From Elsinoe ampelina (taxonomy: Eukaryota): 60,331 nucleotides of DNA. The notes under the pieces were generated by a model, which had not been told where the DNA came from, did no database searches, and saw only the letters and a program-made list of their open reading frames with translations. The translations under genes and the position numbers were made by a program. The stretch spans positions 549,533 through 609,863 of the forward strand of contig ML992515.1 in NCBI GenBank assembly GCA_010093995.1, read 5' to 3'. Positions 1 to 12,688 of the stretch are shown here, piece by piece (within the stretch, counting starts at the first letter, position 1; each line of letters starts with the position of its first letter).

Positions 1-375
1 GCTACCGACCTAGCGGCAAGAGGTCTCGATATCCCCGATGTAGGCCTAGTCATCAACTATGACCTACCACGAGATGCGGACGATTATATCCACCGAGTCG
101 GACGTACAGCCCGTGCTGGTAGGCAAGGCGTGAGCGTCAGCTTTGTTGGCCAGAGAGACGTTGAGCTGGTCAAGAATATCGAAGATCGTGTAGGTACGGA
201 GATGGACAACTACCAGGAAGAGGGCGTCAATATCGAAACGAGGGTCGTGAGAGACGCCCTCGGTGTTGTCGCCGAGAAGAAGAGGGAGGCACTCCTGGCG
301 ATCGAGGAAGGGCGGGATGTCAAGGGCAAGAGGATCCGAGGTGCGCGCGAGAAGTTCAAGAAAACTCTGGTATGA
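1..375 (+). CDS. DBP8: DEAD-box RNA helicase, C-terminal part (5' truncated), DBP8/DDX49-like
   Basis: Frame +1 from base 1 reads [41 protein letters not shown] (motifs V and VI), then a DBP8-type tail (VGQRDVELV...IE.RVG...[11 protein letters not shown]). TGA at 373-375. Confidence 0.85.
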   Translation, partial: ATDLAARGLDIPDVGLVINYDLPRDADDYIHRVGRTARAGRQGVSVSFVGQRDVELVKNIEDRVGTEMDNYQEEGVNIETRVVRDALGVVAEKKREALLAIEEGRDVKGKRIRGAREKFKKTLV

Positions 376-636
376 CCTGGGGTCAATTACTACCAGGAAC
401 GTGTCTCACTGGTAGTTCTCGCAGGTCAATCACTACCAGGACGTCCGTCCCGTCTGCGAACCTTGGCCGGCTGTTTGTAGCTCCGGTAGGACTTTTGCTC
501 GGCATCAGCAGCTCTGGAGGCTTTGAATGAAAGCCTTGAGTCATCGTTACGCCCCTTTTCCGTAGTACAAGTGTCAACAAACTAAGTCTAGAACCAAGCC
601 GCGTGATCAAGTGAACTGGACCTGCGCTGCGCCCCG

Positions 637-3223
637 TTAGTTACCTGAAGCGGTTTCCACCATGTCCTCCCGTAGCAATTCATCACGACGCCTCAATCTT
701 GTTCGGATGCAATCTGCAACGCACTCCATCGCCACCGCATCGTTAGGTCCATCATACCGCACGAAAGACTGGTCGTCGGCTGATTCGTATAGCAGCAGTC
801 CGAGCGGTGATGACTTGAGCATACCAGGCCAGTTCTCTTTCAGTCCATCCTGCTTTGATTTCCAGATCACCAACAAGAGGAAGCTGATGGTCGAGACCGT
901 AAGAATCGCAGGTAAGACGAGCCAACCCCAGGTTACGCTGGCGCATGTCTTGACCACCACAGTGGTGCCAATCACTGGCTCATTGCCGGGAAAGCTCATG
1001 TTTGCAGTGACTGTGATGTAATTTGACAATGTGTCGGCAATACGTGAAGCGTAGTGATTGATCGAGTCCATCGAGGCTGCGCCATCGTTGAGGAGCGGTA
1101 CCATGTGTAGGTTGTCGGGGGTCCGCTCGATTTCCACAGGTGGATCGTAGTCGTGAGCCCATACTGTCCTCACTCCAGGGGCTCGAGGCGTGAAGAGCGA
1201 CGAGAGGGTCCTTCCAAGCAACGACATGCTGCCCTCGCTCATGAAGAAGAAGCAACGTGGGTCATAGAATGCCGTGTGGTTGGACATGCTCTTGTGGTGA
1301 AACGTGTTATTCCCGCCGAACTCGCCCGAGCTTGTGCATTCCAAAAGCTCGCCATTATACACGAACTGCTTCGATTCTAAGACATATTCTTGAGCTGAGA
1401 TTCCAGATCGTTTCGTCAGAGGCCTAGACTCAGGCCTCAGGGACAGCGGTACAGTCGCTCGGGATCTTCTCTTAATGGATGATTCGTCGCCAAGCTTAGC
1501 ATTGTTGACCTCTGACGGTAAGCCCGATGGCTCTGTCAAAATACTGCCAGTGGCAGTTGCTCCATGGAAATCTCCTGAACGTTCGCTCGGCCAGTCTTTG
1601 GTTGTGAATTGCATCTCGCCGATCGGATACGACTCGATTATGTTGGTAGGATCAAGTGAAATCATGTCGGACGTGATTGTACTTGGGTACCATTCGTTAA
1701 TCGCAGAATTGGAGCTGCCGGTACCTGCGATACTCGTATTGTATGTTCGTTGCACCAGGAACAACGACTTGCGGTGGACCTCAACGCCCTCCGTAATGCC
1801 ATGCCTAGACCGTGCATTCATGATCTTCATGATCGGGCTAAATCGACACTCGGCGGCTATGGCGAAACGGAAGATCGGCCTCGTACTTGGTGCCATAAGA
1901 TGACCGTAATCGGTTGAGGTGTACATTAGCGTGGAAAATGAGAAAAATGCTGGGTCGGTATATTCGAATGCATATCCCACGACAGATAAGGAGATGAGCT
2001 CTTTCAAGACATGCTGCGAGAAAGAGTCGAATGCTGGAAGGCTGTAATTGACTGTGGTCTGCTCGTAGCTAAAGCTGCCGTCACCAGTTGCAGTTCGAGC
2101 CAGATGTGTGGTGTTTCGGATCCGCTCAGATATATCTTCGCATTCATGTCCTATCGCTAGAGTGGCATAGTAGCCTTCGTCGCCCCAGAAAGTGCAATTA
2201 CCAGTCGCACATTCGGTCTGTAACAGAGGCTGTATCGGTGCGTCGAAATTGATCAGGTTTGTGAGGATAGCTTGCTCAAGAGAATTCCCGTATTTGGTAC
2301 CGGTGTTACCAGCGCGGGATAGGTAGGCTTCTGGTGGCAGATCGAAGACTTGAATTTTTTGGATTGTCGAGGGTGACGAGGTGTCGTTTGCCTCACAAGG
2401 ACGGTAAGCAACCACCTGTTGAGCAAATGGATCGACCGCCATCGCAAGGACAGTGATTATAGCTCCAAGTAGGGCAATTGTACTGTGCTGCCTTTTAGTC
2501 GAGCGCTGAGACCAAAGAACACTGATTACCTGGCTTGCCGTCTGAGAAGAAACAAAAATGCACCCCAAGGACCTCTGCTGGCGGAATCAAATGCGCTGAG
2601 ATCGCTTAAGAGGCGTGGCTGCATAAACGCTGTCCATTTAATCTGTGAAAGACCTGCCTCGATGTCAGCGAACTGATTCTCATGCCAGGCGACCATAGCT
2701 CCTACTGACCTTCTGAGACAGCAAATATCATCGTTCCCTTCATGACAGTGGTAAGAACTGCGATTGCAGAGTTGATAGTAATTACTCTAGGCCATTCGGG
2801 GGTGGGCTTGCCATCATACACCAATAATAGGACGATGACACCTGTCAAGGAGGCGGCACTGACGAAACAAGCCAACGTCTCATAGAACCAGTGCTGATTT
2901 GCCCAGTAGCGCAATCTGTCCCACCGACTCATAGACATGACGATCATTTTTTTCGACTCCTGCTCCGAGGCTGTTTTACTTTCACATTCCGACGCCTTCG
3001 TCTCCTTGACTGTACACTCCGCATGTTTCGAAAAGACAAAGGGTCCATTTCCGACTAGGAAAGGGGTTGCAGTATCTGCAGTCTCTGCATCGCGTTCCAC
3101 ACTCTGTTCCATCAGAGCGTGCATTTGGTCTCCCTGATCCGATGCCCCGGTAGCAGTAGGAGCAGACATCGAGTACAGGCTGGTGTGGTCTGATAGACTT
3201 GCATTGGCGGAGTTATCTGTCAT
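637..3223 (-). CDS. DUF3176-type fungal membrane protein (2 exons)
   Basis: Exon 3223-2710, intron 2709-2654 (GTCAGT..GCTGAC..CAG), exon 2653-637. Joined read gives YDGKPTPEWP..ITINSAIAVL...VSEGLSQIKW, a DPFAQQ motif and a C-terminal WGWLVLP...KSSPL membrane segment. Confidence 0.75.
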
Positions 3224-4020
3224 TTCGACGGGGGTCTGTTCATCAGAAGGCTGTTGGGCAATTCATGGAAGAGAAAATGACCAGACTGACGCTGGGCATC
3301 GGGCAATCTTTATCTGTCGGTCTTCTCAGCTGCCACAACGCCAGAGCTGAGGTGCTATGTCGGTTGCTTGGCAAATGGGTGGCGTCCAGTGAGAGATTGC
3401 GGGTAGAGTGCCTGCAGGCCAAGATTGCCTTGATTTTCCAGCCGCGGGACGATGTAACACAGCTCCCAGTATGACTACCTGTTGCAGTGATGACTTTTCA
3501 AGCAGACAGAGCACTTAGCGCCAGCGAGAACTTCGTCACCTCTCGCGTCTCCCATATCAAGCGCTATCGACATTCTCAACATGATGCGGGTCATCATTGA
3601 ATGCCAGCTCAGAGTTGCGGATTTGCAATGCAATGACTGCGCCCGCAGCGATCACGAACATCCCGGATCTCGCGTAGAGCTTCGCTACGTAGAGCCGTAT
3701 CTGCGATGGCGACGAGTGATTGAGTATCATGGAGCGCACGCGTGCTGTCGGTTGAACGAACGTTCGCAATTTGCTACCGCAGTAGGAATTTCAATTGGGT
3801 CACATTGGCTTAGTAATCCTGAAATCAATGCTACTCCGCTGTCTAACTTGCTGTAGGAGCTGCAACTAGAAACGAGGTATTCAAGTGTATTGCAGCATCA
3901 ACGAATGAGCTTTACATTGCTAGGCGTATCTACTGTCTCCGAGATCACTAACATCACATCCGGTAATACGCGTGCTTTGATGTGATATCCCAAATCAGCA
4001 GTCGTCCTCATTTACACCCA

Positions 4021-6093
4021 ATGTCCAGTGAAGTAGTCCTCTCGCCGACGATAGCGGTTGGAGAGTACATATGGCGAAGGCCCGTTCTCGTCTGATTCTT
4101 CTAAAGGTAGTACTGAGTGTATCAGGATTGCCGAGCTCGGAATAGAAACCATCATGGTAACGCTTTCTATGTTACCACCCAAGCTTGTCTGAGGTCCTAC
4201 AGGGTCTTCCTGGCGACTTCAACTTGCAATTGCTAGATTACATATACAAGGTGAAAGGCCTTGGATGGAGTATGCCGAGCACATGATACCAACATAGCTT
4301 TGGCTGATAAGGTGTAGTCGGGACCGGGAACGAGCTCAATGCTTCCTATGCTGTGGATGGGTACTCGAGAGTTAAGAATGTCCCTGGATGCATAGTCACA
4401 ACGCACGGTGTTGGTAGACCACCCATGTCGGTCCAGATCCTCCTGATACTTATGCTTTGTATAGGTGAACTAAGCGCTCTCAATGGCATAGCTGGGTCTC
4501 TCACCGAGCAGAGCAAGGTGATTCATATTGTTGGGCAGACGACCAGATCCATGCAGAAGAACAAGCTCATGATTCACCACTCCATTGGCTTTGACCCAGA
4601 CCACCAGATCTTCAACACTGCATCGAAACGCTTCAGAGTCGCTGAAGCCGAGTTGTGGGAAGCAGAAAATGCACCGGCAGAGATCGATGTAAGCTTCATA
4701 TTGCCCATATCACGACTATCAGCTGATCTTTCACACAGCGTGTCATCAGAGAGTGTATCCTAAAGTCAGGGCCGGTATACATCTTCATACCTCTGGATTT
4801 GGCAGACGAGCGTGTCCCTTCGGAGCTACTGAAGACACCGCTAGATCTTTCACCGCCGACTGGTGAGCAGATCAGGACCACCGCAGAGCGTGCTGCAAAG
4901 GCCATCGGCGAGGCCATACTGGCATCCAAGAACCCAGTGATATTCGTCGACGGGCTCTTGATGCGACACAACGCCGTCAACGAAGCCCGTGAGCTAATCA
5001 AAACCCTCGGCTTCCCCGTCTTCAATTCAGGAATCGGCATGGGCATCCTCGACCCCAACTCCCCCCAACTCGTCGGCACCTACGGCGGCGCCACCAGCAA
5101 CCCCGGCATCTCCGAAGCCTTCGAAGCCAGCGACCTTCTCCTCGTCCTCGGACATCTCCCAGCAGACACCAACTCAGGCGGCTTCTCCCAACAAATGCCC
5201 GCAAGCAAAACCATCGACTTCCGCCCCACGTCCATCAAGCTCCTCGGCACCACCTACACAGACCTGTACTACCTCACCTTCCTCCCCCTCCTCACAACCC
5301 ACCTATCCACTCTCCCGCTCCCCCATTCCCCCATGCCAGTCATCCCCCCCTACACCCTCACCCGCCCCCACTCCCCTCCTCCCAAGCCCTCACGACCCCC
5401 ACCTTCTGGCCCTCTTTCTCCCACTTCCTCCAACCCCACGGCTCCATCCTAGCAGACACCGGCACCTCCCTCTTCGGCCTGCACGACGCCACCTTCCCTT
5501 CCCCCATACTCTACAACACCCAGACCTACTACGGCTCAATCGGGTGGGCCACGCCCGCCGCCTTCGGCGCCGAGATCGCCCGGCAAGAACTCGCCGCCCT
5601 CCCCGAGGGCCACGCGGTGAGGGGGAAAGCGCAGTGCGTGCCCTCGCGCACGGTGCTGGTGACGGGGGACGGGAGTATCCAGCTCACGGTGCAGGAGGTG
5701 GGGAGTATGATCCACTACTCTGCGCCCGTGGTGATCGTGGTGATCAACAACGACGGGTACACCGTCGAGAGGGCGATCCATGGTGCGAGGCAGGGGTATA
5801 ATGATATTGTGCCTTACCGGTGGAGCAAGGCGTTGGAGTTTTTCGGGATGGACGAGGGGGAGGCGGTGAGGAGTTATGTTAGGGTGGAGACGAGGGGGGA
5901 GTGGGAAGTGGTGTTGAAAAGGGAGGATTTGAGGAGGCCGGATGGGGTGAAGATTGTGGAGGTGGTGATGGACAAGTTTGATGCGCCGTGGAGGATGTTG
6001 GTGCAGATTGGACGGAGGGGGGAGGGGGTGAGGAGGGAGATGGAGGAGGGGGGGTTTGTGCTTAGGGAGGCGAGGGCGGGGGAGAGTGGTTGA
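4021..6093 (+). CDS. Thiamine-diphosphate 2-oxoacid decarboxylase (pyruvate/indolepyruvate decarboxylase family); 5 introns, apparent 1-nt frameshift near 5344-5390
   Basis: Spliced read: MSSE..GEYIWRRIAELGIETIMGLPGDFNLQLLD, NELNASYAVDGYSR, GVGELSALNGIAG, QTYYGSIGWATPAA and the ThDP motif GDGS...INNDGYTVERAIHG. The 4799-frame must shift into the 5401/5617-frame inside a C-rich tract. Confidence 0.85.
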
Positions 6094-6127
6094 TTGGGGG
6101 ATGGAGATGGTAGATGTGAGGGGTTGT

Positions 6128-7929
6128 CTATGTTGGGAAGCGAAAGTCGATCCTCCTGTTGCCGTGGAACTCTTCGTGCTCCGTGTCGATTTGGTATGCC
6201 ATTTGCTCGCTCGTTGTCATCTGTTCCCATTGCTTGTCTCGCTTGCTGTTCACTCTGTTCATGATCATCTTGTTGATCACGAAGAGGAGACAAGCGAGCA
6301 GGGCCACAGCTATGAGAAACTTGTTGCCGTTGTAGTAGTATGGTTCGTCATCTTTCTGGTAGACCTGGGACGCAACGATAGCGCCGGCTAGTGTCAAGAC
6401 GTTGAGGATCGTAACGGCAATGGCGCGCTTCTTCACGGAGAAGGTGGCTTCGCATGTCCATGCTATGAGGACGGGGTAGTAGCTCGGAGCTAGAAATATC
6501 AGTCAAGTATGACGAGTCGTGGGAGAATCAGCTCACATGCAACAATGGAGGCGGTAAGGCCATAGCGCTCCCACATCCCGATATGCTCGGGTACCGTCTC
6601 CAAAGCTATGAGGAATGGTATCGGGAAAAGATGGGCAAGGGTGCAATGCCAGGTGCGCTCCTTGAAGTACTCGCTACTCCATGCTAGAAGCAGAACAGTG
6701 ACCATTTGAATGAGTGCAGGCGGGACTTGAAGCATATTACTGTTGAAGACGGAGAAGTGTAGCCGGCGGAGTGTGAGTCCAAGATATTGCCTGACTGGCA
6801 GATATGATATGAGGCCGAGAAAGCTGCAGGTGTAGAGAATCCACTGCTTCTTGTCGATCAAAGTATCTCTAACTTCCGCCAACGATGGCCGTATTTTCAA
6901 GGCGGATTGACCTTTAGCTGGGTCATCTCGTAGCAGCCGATTGACCATGATGGTCTCTTCCCGGTCGCTGTACCAAGGACTGCGACATATCAAGCTCTGT
7001 GTATCCGTCACACACCAAGGTAGATAGAGCAGACTCTTAAAACCAGTCAGTGGTTGACGCTTGAAAGGCAAGGGTAAGACACACCAATACACCAATCAAA
7101 AGAGTGATGGAGCCTTCAATGAGGAAGAGCCAGAACCATCCTGGTTGCCCAGCCACGCCTCGCATCTTCAGTATGAGAGCTGCCATCAACGAAGCTATGA
7201 TATGGCCAAGCTAGGTACATATGTCAGTACGAGAGTCATGTAAAGATCAAAGGTCATACATCTGTCATGGCCGCCAGTACAGCCAGCCTTGGTGCCATCT
7301 CACTAGTCGTGTAGAATTGCGTGAAGAAATGTACCATGCCAGGCATATATCCGCCCTCGAGCAGTCCTAGCAAGCCACGAACGATGAAGAATGCGGCTCG
7401 ACCGTGTACCAGGCACTGGCAAGCAGCTGTCGAAGTTTAGCCATGCGGTATGCTCCATGTTGCTTTCATACTTACAGACAACCCCGAATGACATGATCAG
7501 AGGAGGAAAGACTGTCTTGAACCCGTACCGCAGAACGAGTATCTGTACAGGAAACTCGGAAAGGAGAACAGCGCTTCTGGTAATCATAACAGCGTTGTCA
7601 AAGTCTCGAGTATCAAGGCCAGCATCGCCGAGGAAGTTATCTGTCAGAGCGTTGTAAAGGTTGAATCTGTCAATGTGAATAACAAGCATCATCAGGCTGA
7701 CAACAAGCAGGAGAAAGCAGTCGGTCTTTCGGACGACTTTGGCTTCCTCCTGGGCAGTCCACGAGACGTCTGGGTTCCATCTATGGCGGCCGAAGAAGTG
7801 CTGGTCAGGTTCTGCGTGGTCTCTTTGGTTCGCCCGATCCTTGGCCTTTGGTCGTAAGGTGATGACGCTGTCAGATCGTTCGCGGGCTGACAAGGTCTCT
7901 GGTAAGACTTGAACTTCAACGAGTGGCAT
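6128..7929 (-). CDS. MFS transporter, anion:cation symporter (Dal5/Tna1-like) family; about 4 introns
   Basis: Motifs WTAQEEAKVVRKTD, DRFN..NALTDNFL.D, RGLLGLLEGG, MRGVAGQPGWFWLFLIEG, RLLRDDPAKG, SQVYQKDDEPYY and a DFRF C-terminus. Start assumed at MPLVEV (7929). Confidence 0.85.
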
Positions 7930-8460
7930 TTTCTTTGCGTCCTGAAGCTCTGGTAGCTCCGGTGTAGAATCAGCCTGGCTGACTCCTATAAGTGAATGGA
8001 TCTTGCACCAAACACCTATGACCCGTTCAGTTGGCAGACACTGTTGAATGCCAAGCGGCGATAGAGCCAGCCTGGACTCCTGCAGTCGCCATGATGTATA
8101 TGCTAGATTTGGTTCTTCTACGGTCATGCGACGTGGTCATGGTGCAGATGTTACCTGCCGCTTTGCTCAAGGTTCGTACGAGTACCCTCTTTCGGCCTTG
8201 CATAGTGGCGATGTGTCGTGAGCACGTCCAGACGCAAGCGTCATAAAGAAAAGCGTTGGTAGACAAGTTTGACAAGCAAAAGACTCAGCTCAACCACACG
8301 TGCTGATGTCAAGGACCGAGCTTTGCTGTTCCAGTACGCAATGTCTGACCTGGATGGTGGCCAATTTGCATTCCCGTCAAAGTCAAGCATCATTATAGAG
8401 CGCACAGACGTGATGCTCATGTATAACTGCGTCAGGGTGCGTGCCTAAGTTTCGGGCAAA

Positions 8461-8706
8461 TCTCGCCGCATGAGTTGAGTTTGAGGCAAAGAGCAAGTTC
8501 AGAAAGTGCGGCGAGAAAAGAAACCAATCAGCTTGTCCAGGGGGCCCGAGGAGATGGGTCTAGAGGTGTCTGAATACATCACTGCTATCCCTTAGGTTTG
8601 ATCTGATTACCTTGAGCCTCGTTCTCGAGTCTACTTTACGTATATTGCGATGGCCAGTCCTCTTGTACGGTATTGGCCATCGCCGCTACGCCATTCTGCT
8701 GCGGGG
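8461..8706. promoter_or_regulatory. Divergent MFS/dehydratase promoter with two perfect 10-bp inverted repeats and a CreA-consensus site
   Basis: TCTCGCCGCA (8461-8470) / TGCGGCGAGA (8507-8516); GCGATGGCCA (8647-8656) / TGGCCATCGC (8674-8683); GCGGGG (SYGGRG) at 8701-8706. Function is inferred only. Confidence 0.4.
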
Positions 8707-9022
8707 AAAGTTGAGCTGCTGCCTTGTTGTTTGAACACTCAACGAAACTGTTGAGCATGATCAGATCGTCATTTCGTCTGAATCTGCGTAATTGATTGCA
8801 GATGTTGCTGTCGCATGAGATGGGGGGGTTTCATGAAGGAGAAATGTAGATCTCCAGACGCGTGACGCGCTAGAGGGATGAGGTCGGCGACTGGCCGGCA
8901 ATTGAGCTTCGGCTCGGGTTACGTGTGACCGAACCGAACTACAGTGTATTCCATTAACCATTGAGGGTTGACCTCTTCCCAGCCAGAGTAGAAGCAAAGT
9001 TGAGCTCTGCTACACAGTGAAT

Positions 9023-10276
9023 ATGGCACCGATCGCAACTATCGAGTACTTCCGCCTCCTGCCGCGCTGGCTATTCGTGAAAATAGTCGACACAGACGGC
9101 AACTCCGGCTGGGGCGAAGCAACCCTCGAAGGGCACACCGAAGCCGTCGAAGGCACACTGAATGGCTTCGCCAAGCGTTTCGTCGGTCTCGAGGCAGAGA
9201 ACATCGAGCACATCTGGCAACTAGCATGGCGGCAGAGTAGGTTCCGAGGCTGCGTATCATACTTGTCATGAGACAAGACCTGATCAATCGCAGGTTTCTA
9301 CCGTGGCGGACCTGTTTTCCAGTCTGCTTTGTCGGGAATTGATATCGCTTTGTGGGACATGAAAGCTAGAAAGCTGAATGTCCCCATCTGGCATCTCCTG
9401 GGAGGCAAGGTCCGAGACAAAGTAGCAGTATATGCTTGGATCGGTGGGGACAGACCTTCCGACGTCGAGAGTGCAGCTAAGGCACGACTTGCGCAAGGTT
9501 TCAAAGCGGTGAAGATGAATGCAACAGAGGACGTAGGCTGGCTGGACTCGCCTCAAGCCCTACAAGCATCTGTCGAGAGACTCAAGACAGTCCGAGCATT
9601 GGGTATGGATGCGGCACTCGATTTCCATGGAAGACTGCACAAACCGATGGCCAAGCAGTTGGCAAAAGCGCTTGAGCCATACGGTCCATTGTTCATCGAA
9701 GAGCCCTTGTTGAGCGAGCACCCGGAAGGTATCAAGCAGATCTCGGAGTTGACCAGCTGCCCCATTGCGCTCGGTGAGAGATTGCACAGTCGATGGGACG
9801 TCAAGCGCTTCTTGGAAGGTAGGTTGATACAAGGTAAGCTTGAACTCGGCTGACTCTGGTAAGATCATTCGGTCGATATCCTACAGCCTGATATCTCACA
9901 TGTCGGCGGTATCTCCGAGCTGAAGAAGATTGCGGCAATGGCTGAGGCATATGATGTGGCAATTGCTCCTCACTGCCCTCTGGGACCCATCGCTCTTGCG
10001 GCGTGCCTGCAGATTGGGGTGAGCACACCTAATCATCAGATTCAGGAAATGTCTCTGGGCATTCACTACAACGTGGCAGCCGGAGATTATGATATCAACA
10101 GCTACATCACGAATCCGGAGGTATTCTCGGTGTCTAATGGATTCGTGCAAGTACCGGAAGGGCCAGGGCTGGGAATCGAGGTGAACGAGGAGCTTGTCAG
10201 GGAATTGTCCAAGACCGCAAAAGCATGGCCTCTTGGAAGTTTTGTTGGACCGGATGGCGGTCTCAGGGAATGGTGA
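9023..10276 (+). CDS. dgoD: D-galactonate dehydratase-like enolase-superfamily protein (DgoD-like); 2 introns
   Basis: PRWLFVKI...GWGEATLEG, FYRGGPV..SALSGIDIALWD.K, KAVKMN, DFHGR, FIEEP, GERL, LQPDISHVGGISE, APHCPLGP, PGLGIE. Introns about 9237-9293 and 9819-9863. Confidence 0.85.
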
Positions 10277-10354
10277 CACATGCATGGGCAATGTTGATAG
10301 ATGTACAGATTCGTGAAACGGCTATATACACACGAGGGATATCTACGCAGTGGA

Positions 10355-11378
10355 TTAAGCACTGCTCGTTGGTGTTGGTTCTGCACCGTTTTGGCCTCCA
10401 GATTCGTAGCTTGCCAATCGGAAGTCGTAGTCGAGCTTGAAGTCGGCCTTTGGATCTCCCTTGAATGGAACAAAGTCGACGACTAATGAGTCCTTGACAG
10501 CAAAGACGGAGTCGTTCGTGATGTACTCGTCCCTCCGATCGAAGATCTGTGTTACAAGAGGCTTGTAGCCAGGAGCAGAGACCTATATCGAGAGTCAGAG
10601 ACGCTTCTCCACATCGGAGCGGGTAAGTGCTTACAATGAAGTGGATATGTGCGGGTCTCATGGGATGTCTGTCGAGCAGTTTCAGAAGCGTACCACTCGG
10701 TCCGTCAAAAGGAATGGGATAGCTTGTCGGCCGGAGGCAGTAGAAGCTGTATTTCCCGTCGGCCCCGGTGGTGAATCTCCCTCGCAGGTTCATATCTGGT
10801 TGATCCGGGTCTTGCTGTTCGTATAGTCCGTTGGGTGCTGTGTGCCATACATCCACCTCCGCTCCCTCAATAGGCTTGCCAGTCACGAAGTCTGTGATCT
10901 CTCCGCTCATCAAGGTATAGTCGCCCTTCTCAATCCCTCCAATTATGATGGAATCGCCCATGGCTCGCTTGGGAGCGTCTTTCCGCCAGAATGGTCCCAA
11001 GATCGCAGTCGCGGTTGGGAGGTCTGGAGCATCTGTCGCGACCTTGTATGTGATTTCGTCTACGAGGGATTCTATGCCGAGGACGTCGCACATGAGCTGC
11101 CCCTCGTTCCTCTTCTCATCCGACATTCGTCCGGCTTGATTGATCAAGTCGACTCCAGCCATCCACTCCTCTACAGTCACCTCATTCTCGCGAAGCCAGT
11201 CGTGGAGATGCTGGATCAAGCCACCGACTACTTTCCGTACACGAGGAGAAGCCTTCGGTCCTGTGGCATTGATGACATTGCGAGTAAAGTCGGGGTCAAA
11301 TTTGCTGGTGCCATTGCTTGTCTGCTCGATTGGAGCTACTGGGATTGGGTTGGTGACTTTGCTGCCATTGACTGCCAT
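10355..11378 (-). CDS. Intradiol ring-cleavage dioxygenase (catechol/hydroxyquinol 1,2-dioxygenase family); 1 intron
   Basis: DVLGIESLVDEI, TAILGPFW, VDVWH..PNGLYEQQD, RPTSYPIP.DGP, RHPMRPAHIHF (Fe ligands). After the intron (~10634-10584) it reads VSAPGYKPLVTQIFD...DSVFAVKDSL to TAA at 10357-10355. Confidence 0.9.
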
Positions 11379-12065
11379 GTTTGCTGCTGCTCTAGGCGCG
11401 ATATCGTGACAACGCAGCTGATTTCTGTGGAGGGACTGCAAGACTTAGCTTTAATAGAATTGGGGAAACAATGGGTTGTAAGACAGCGGAAGAGGCCCGT
11501 ATATGAGCTGTACCTGGCTGCGGGTCCACAAGGTCACGGGGATTACACGGCTTTGTGGATGAAATGGGATGTCGACCAATAAGCAAGCTAGCAATTAGTA
11601 GCAAGGTTCATCAGAACACCCTAAATTTGGAGAAGAGCCTGCGATGAAAAGTTGCGGATGAAGTCAAATGTCATAGTAAGGTAGACACAATGACCGAATA
11701 GCAGAGGGGCTTACCCCACAGCGGGGCATCTGCAGCAGACCGAGCTCCGATTTGTCGGCTTTCTCGGCTGATGCATTTGCCCAGAGCCGACAAGCGGATA
11801 GTGCACCCAGGCATCGCCTCATGCGTGCGCTGCCTCCATCACTCCTCCACCACGTCAATCATTCCAATTCACACGGTACCTCATGTCAAGCGCACCATGT
11901 TGACTGATGGGAGCGGTGTATCCTGTGTGTTATCACTAAGCGACCTAACAGTGTCCAAGAACATTGCATCTTCGCTATCCAGACAGGTCCACGGGGTGCA
12001 GCCACTGCTCGCGACTAGGTCATGCCAAACGCTCGTATATACCTCACGCAAGCACCTAATACCGA

Positions 12066-12688
12066 TCACATCGTCTCCCAACCCTCCTCCATCCTTCCCA
12101 ACTTCCCCCGACCCCTGAACTTTTCCACCACAGTCCCTTGCTCACTCAACATGACCCTATCACCTTGATCACCGTACTGCTTCAGACTCCGCCACCTCTC
12201 CAGATCGATCGGGTTGCGCTTATCCCCATGCGCTTCATCGGGGTGCTCCCAATGCCCCTTTGAGAAGCCGAGAAGTGTCGTCACCTTGCCGAGCTCGATA
12301 TCGTAGACCATACTGCAGATTGTGCCGGTCTCTTCGAGCCAGTTCACTTGCCACAAAGCGCCGGGCCGGATGCATTGGTAGGTGGCTGTCTGGTAATTTT
12401 TGCGGCCGGCCATGGGGCCGCCGTGGATGGCGTAGACGATGCCTGGGGGGAATTTAGTGGTCATGGGATAATATCTGTGGAGAATAGGGCGTGGGAGACA
12501 AGAAAACCGCGCTGGAATCAAGGATATGGCGGAAGGGGAAGGGCGCACATACGGTCAGAGGAGAAGAACCACGCTTCATAGCGCCATTTCTGGGGATTGC
12601 CATCTTCGTCCTGAGCGTCGTAGTCGTAGAGGAGGTGTACGTCCTTGAGGTCTCTCTCGAAGGCTTGTTTGTCGAAGGCCGGGGGCAT
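12066..12688 (-). CDS. Phenolic acid (ferulic/p-coumaric) decarboxylase, PadA/PadC-type; 1 intron
   Basis: Exon 12688-12553 MPPAFD...HLLYDY...KWRYEAWFFSSDR, intron 12552-12443, exon IVYAIHGGPMAGR.NYQ...WQVNWLEETGT. Matches the PAD signature YxY..W.YE..YxIHGGxxAGR..WxExTGT. Confidence 0.85.

Noticed and set aside
10842..11582. Long ORFs antisense to real genes (also 28411-29169, 42051-42701, 49013-49627 and others)
   Set aside because: Shadow frames produced by codon bias and skew; no recognisable motifs.
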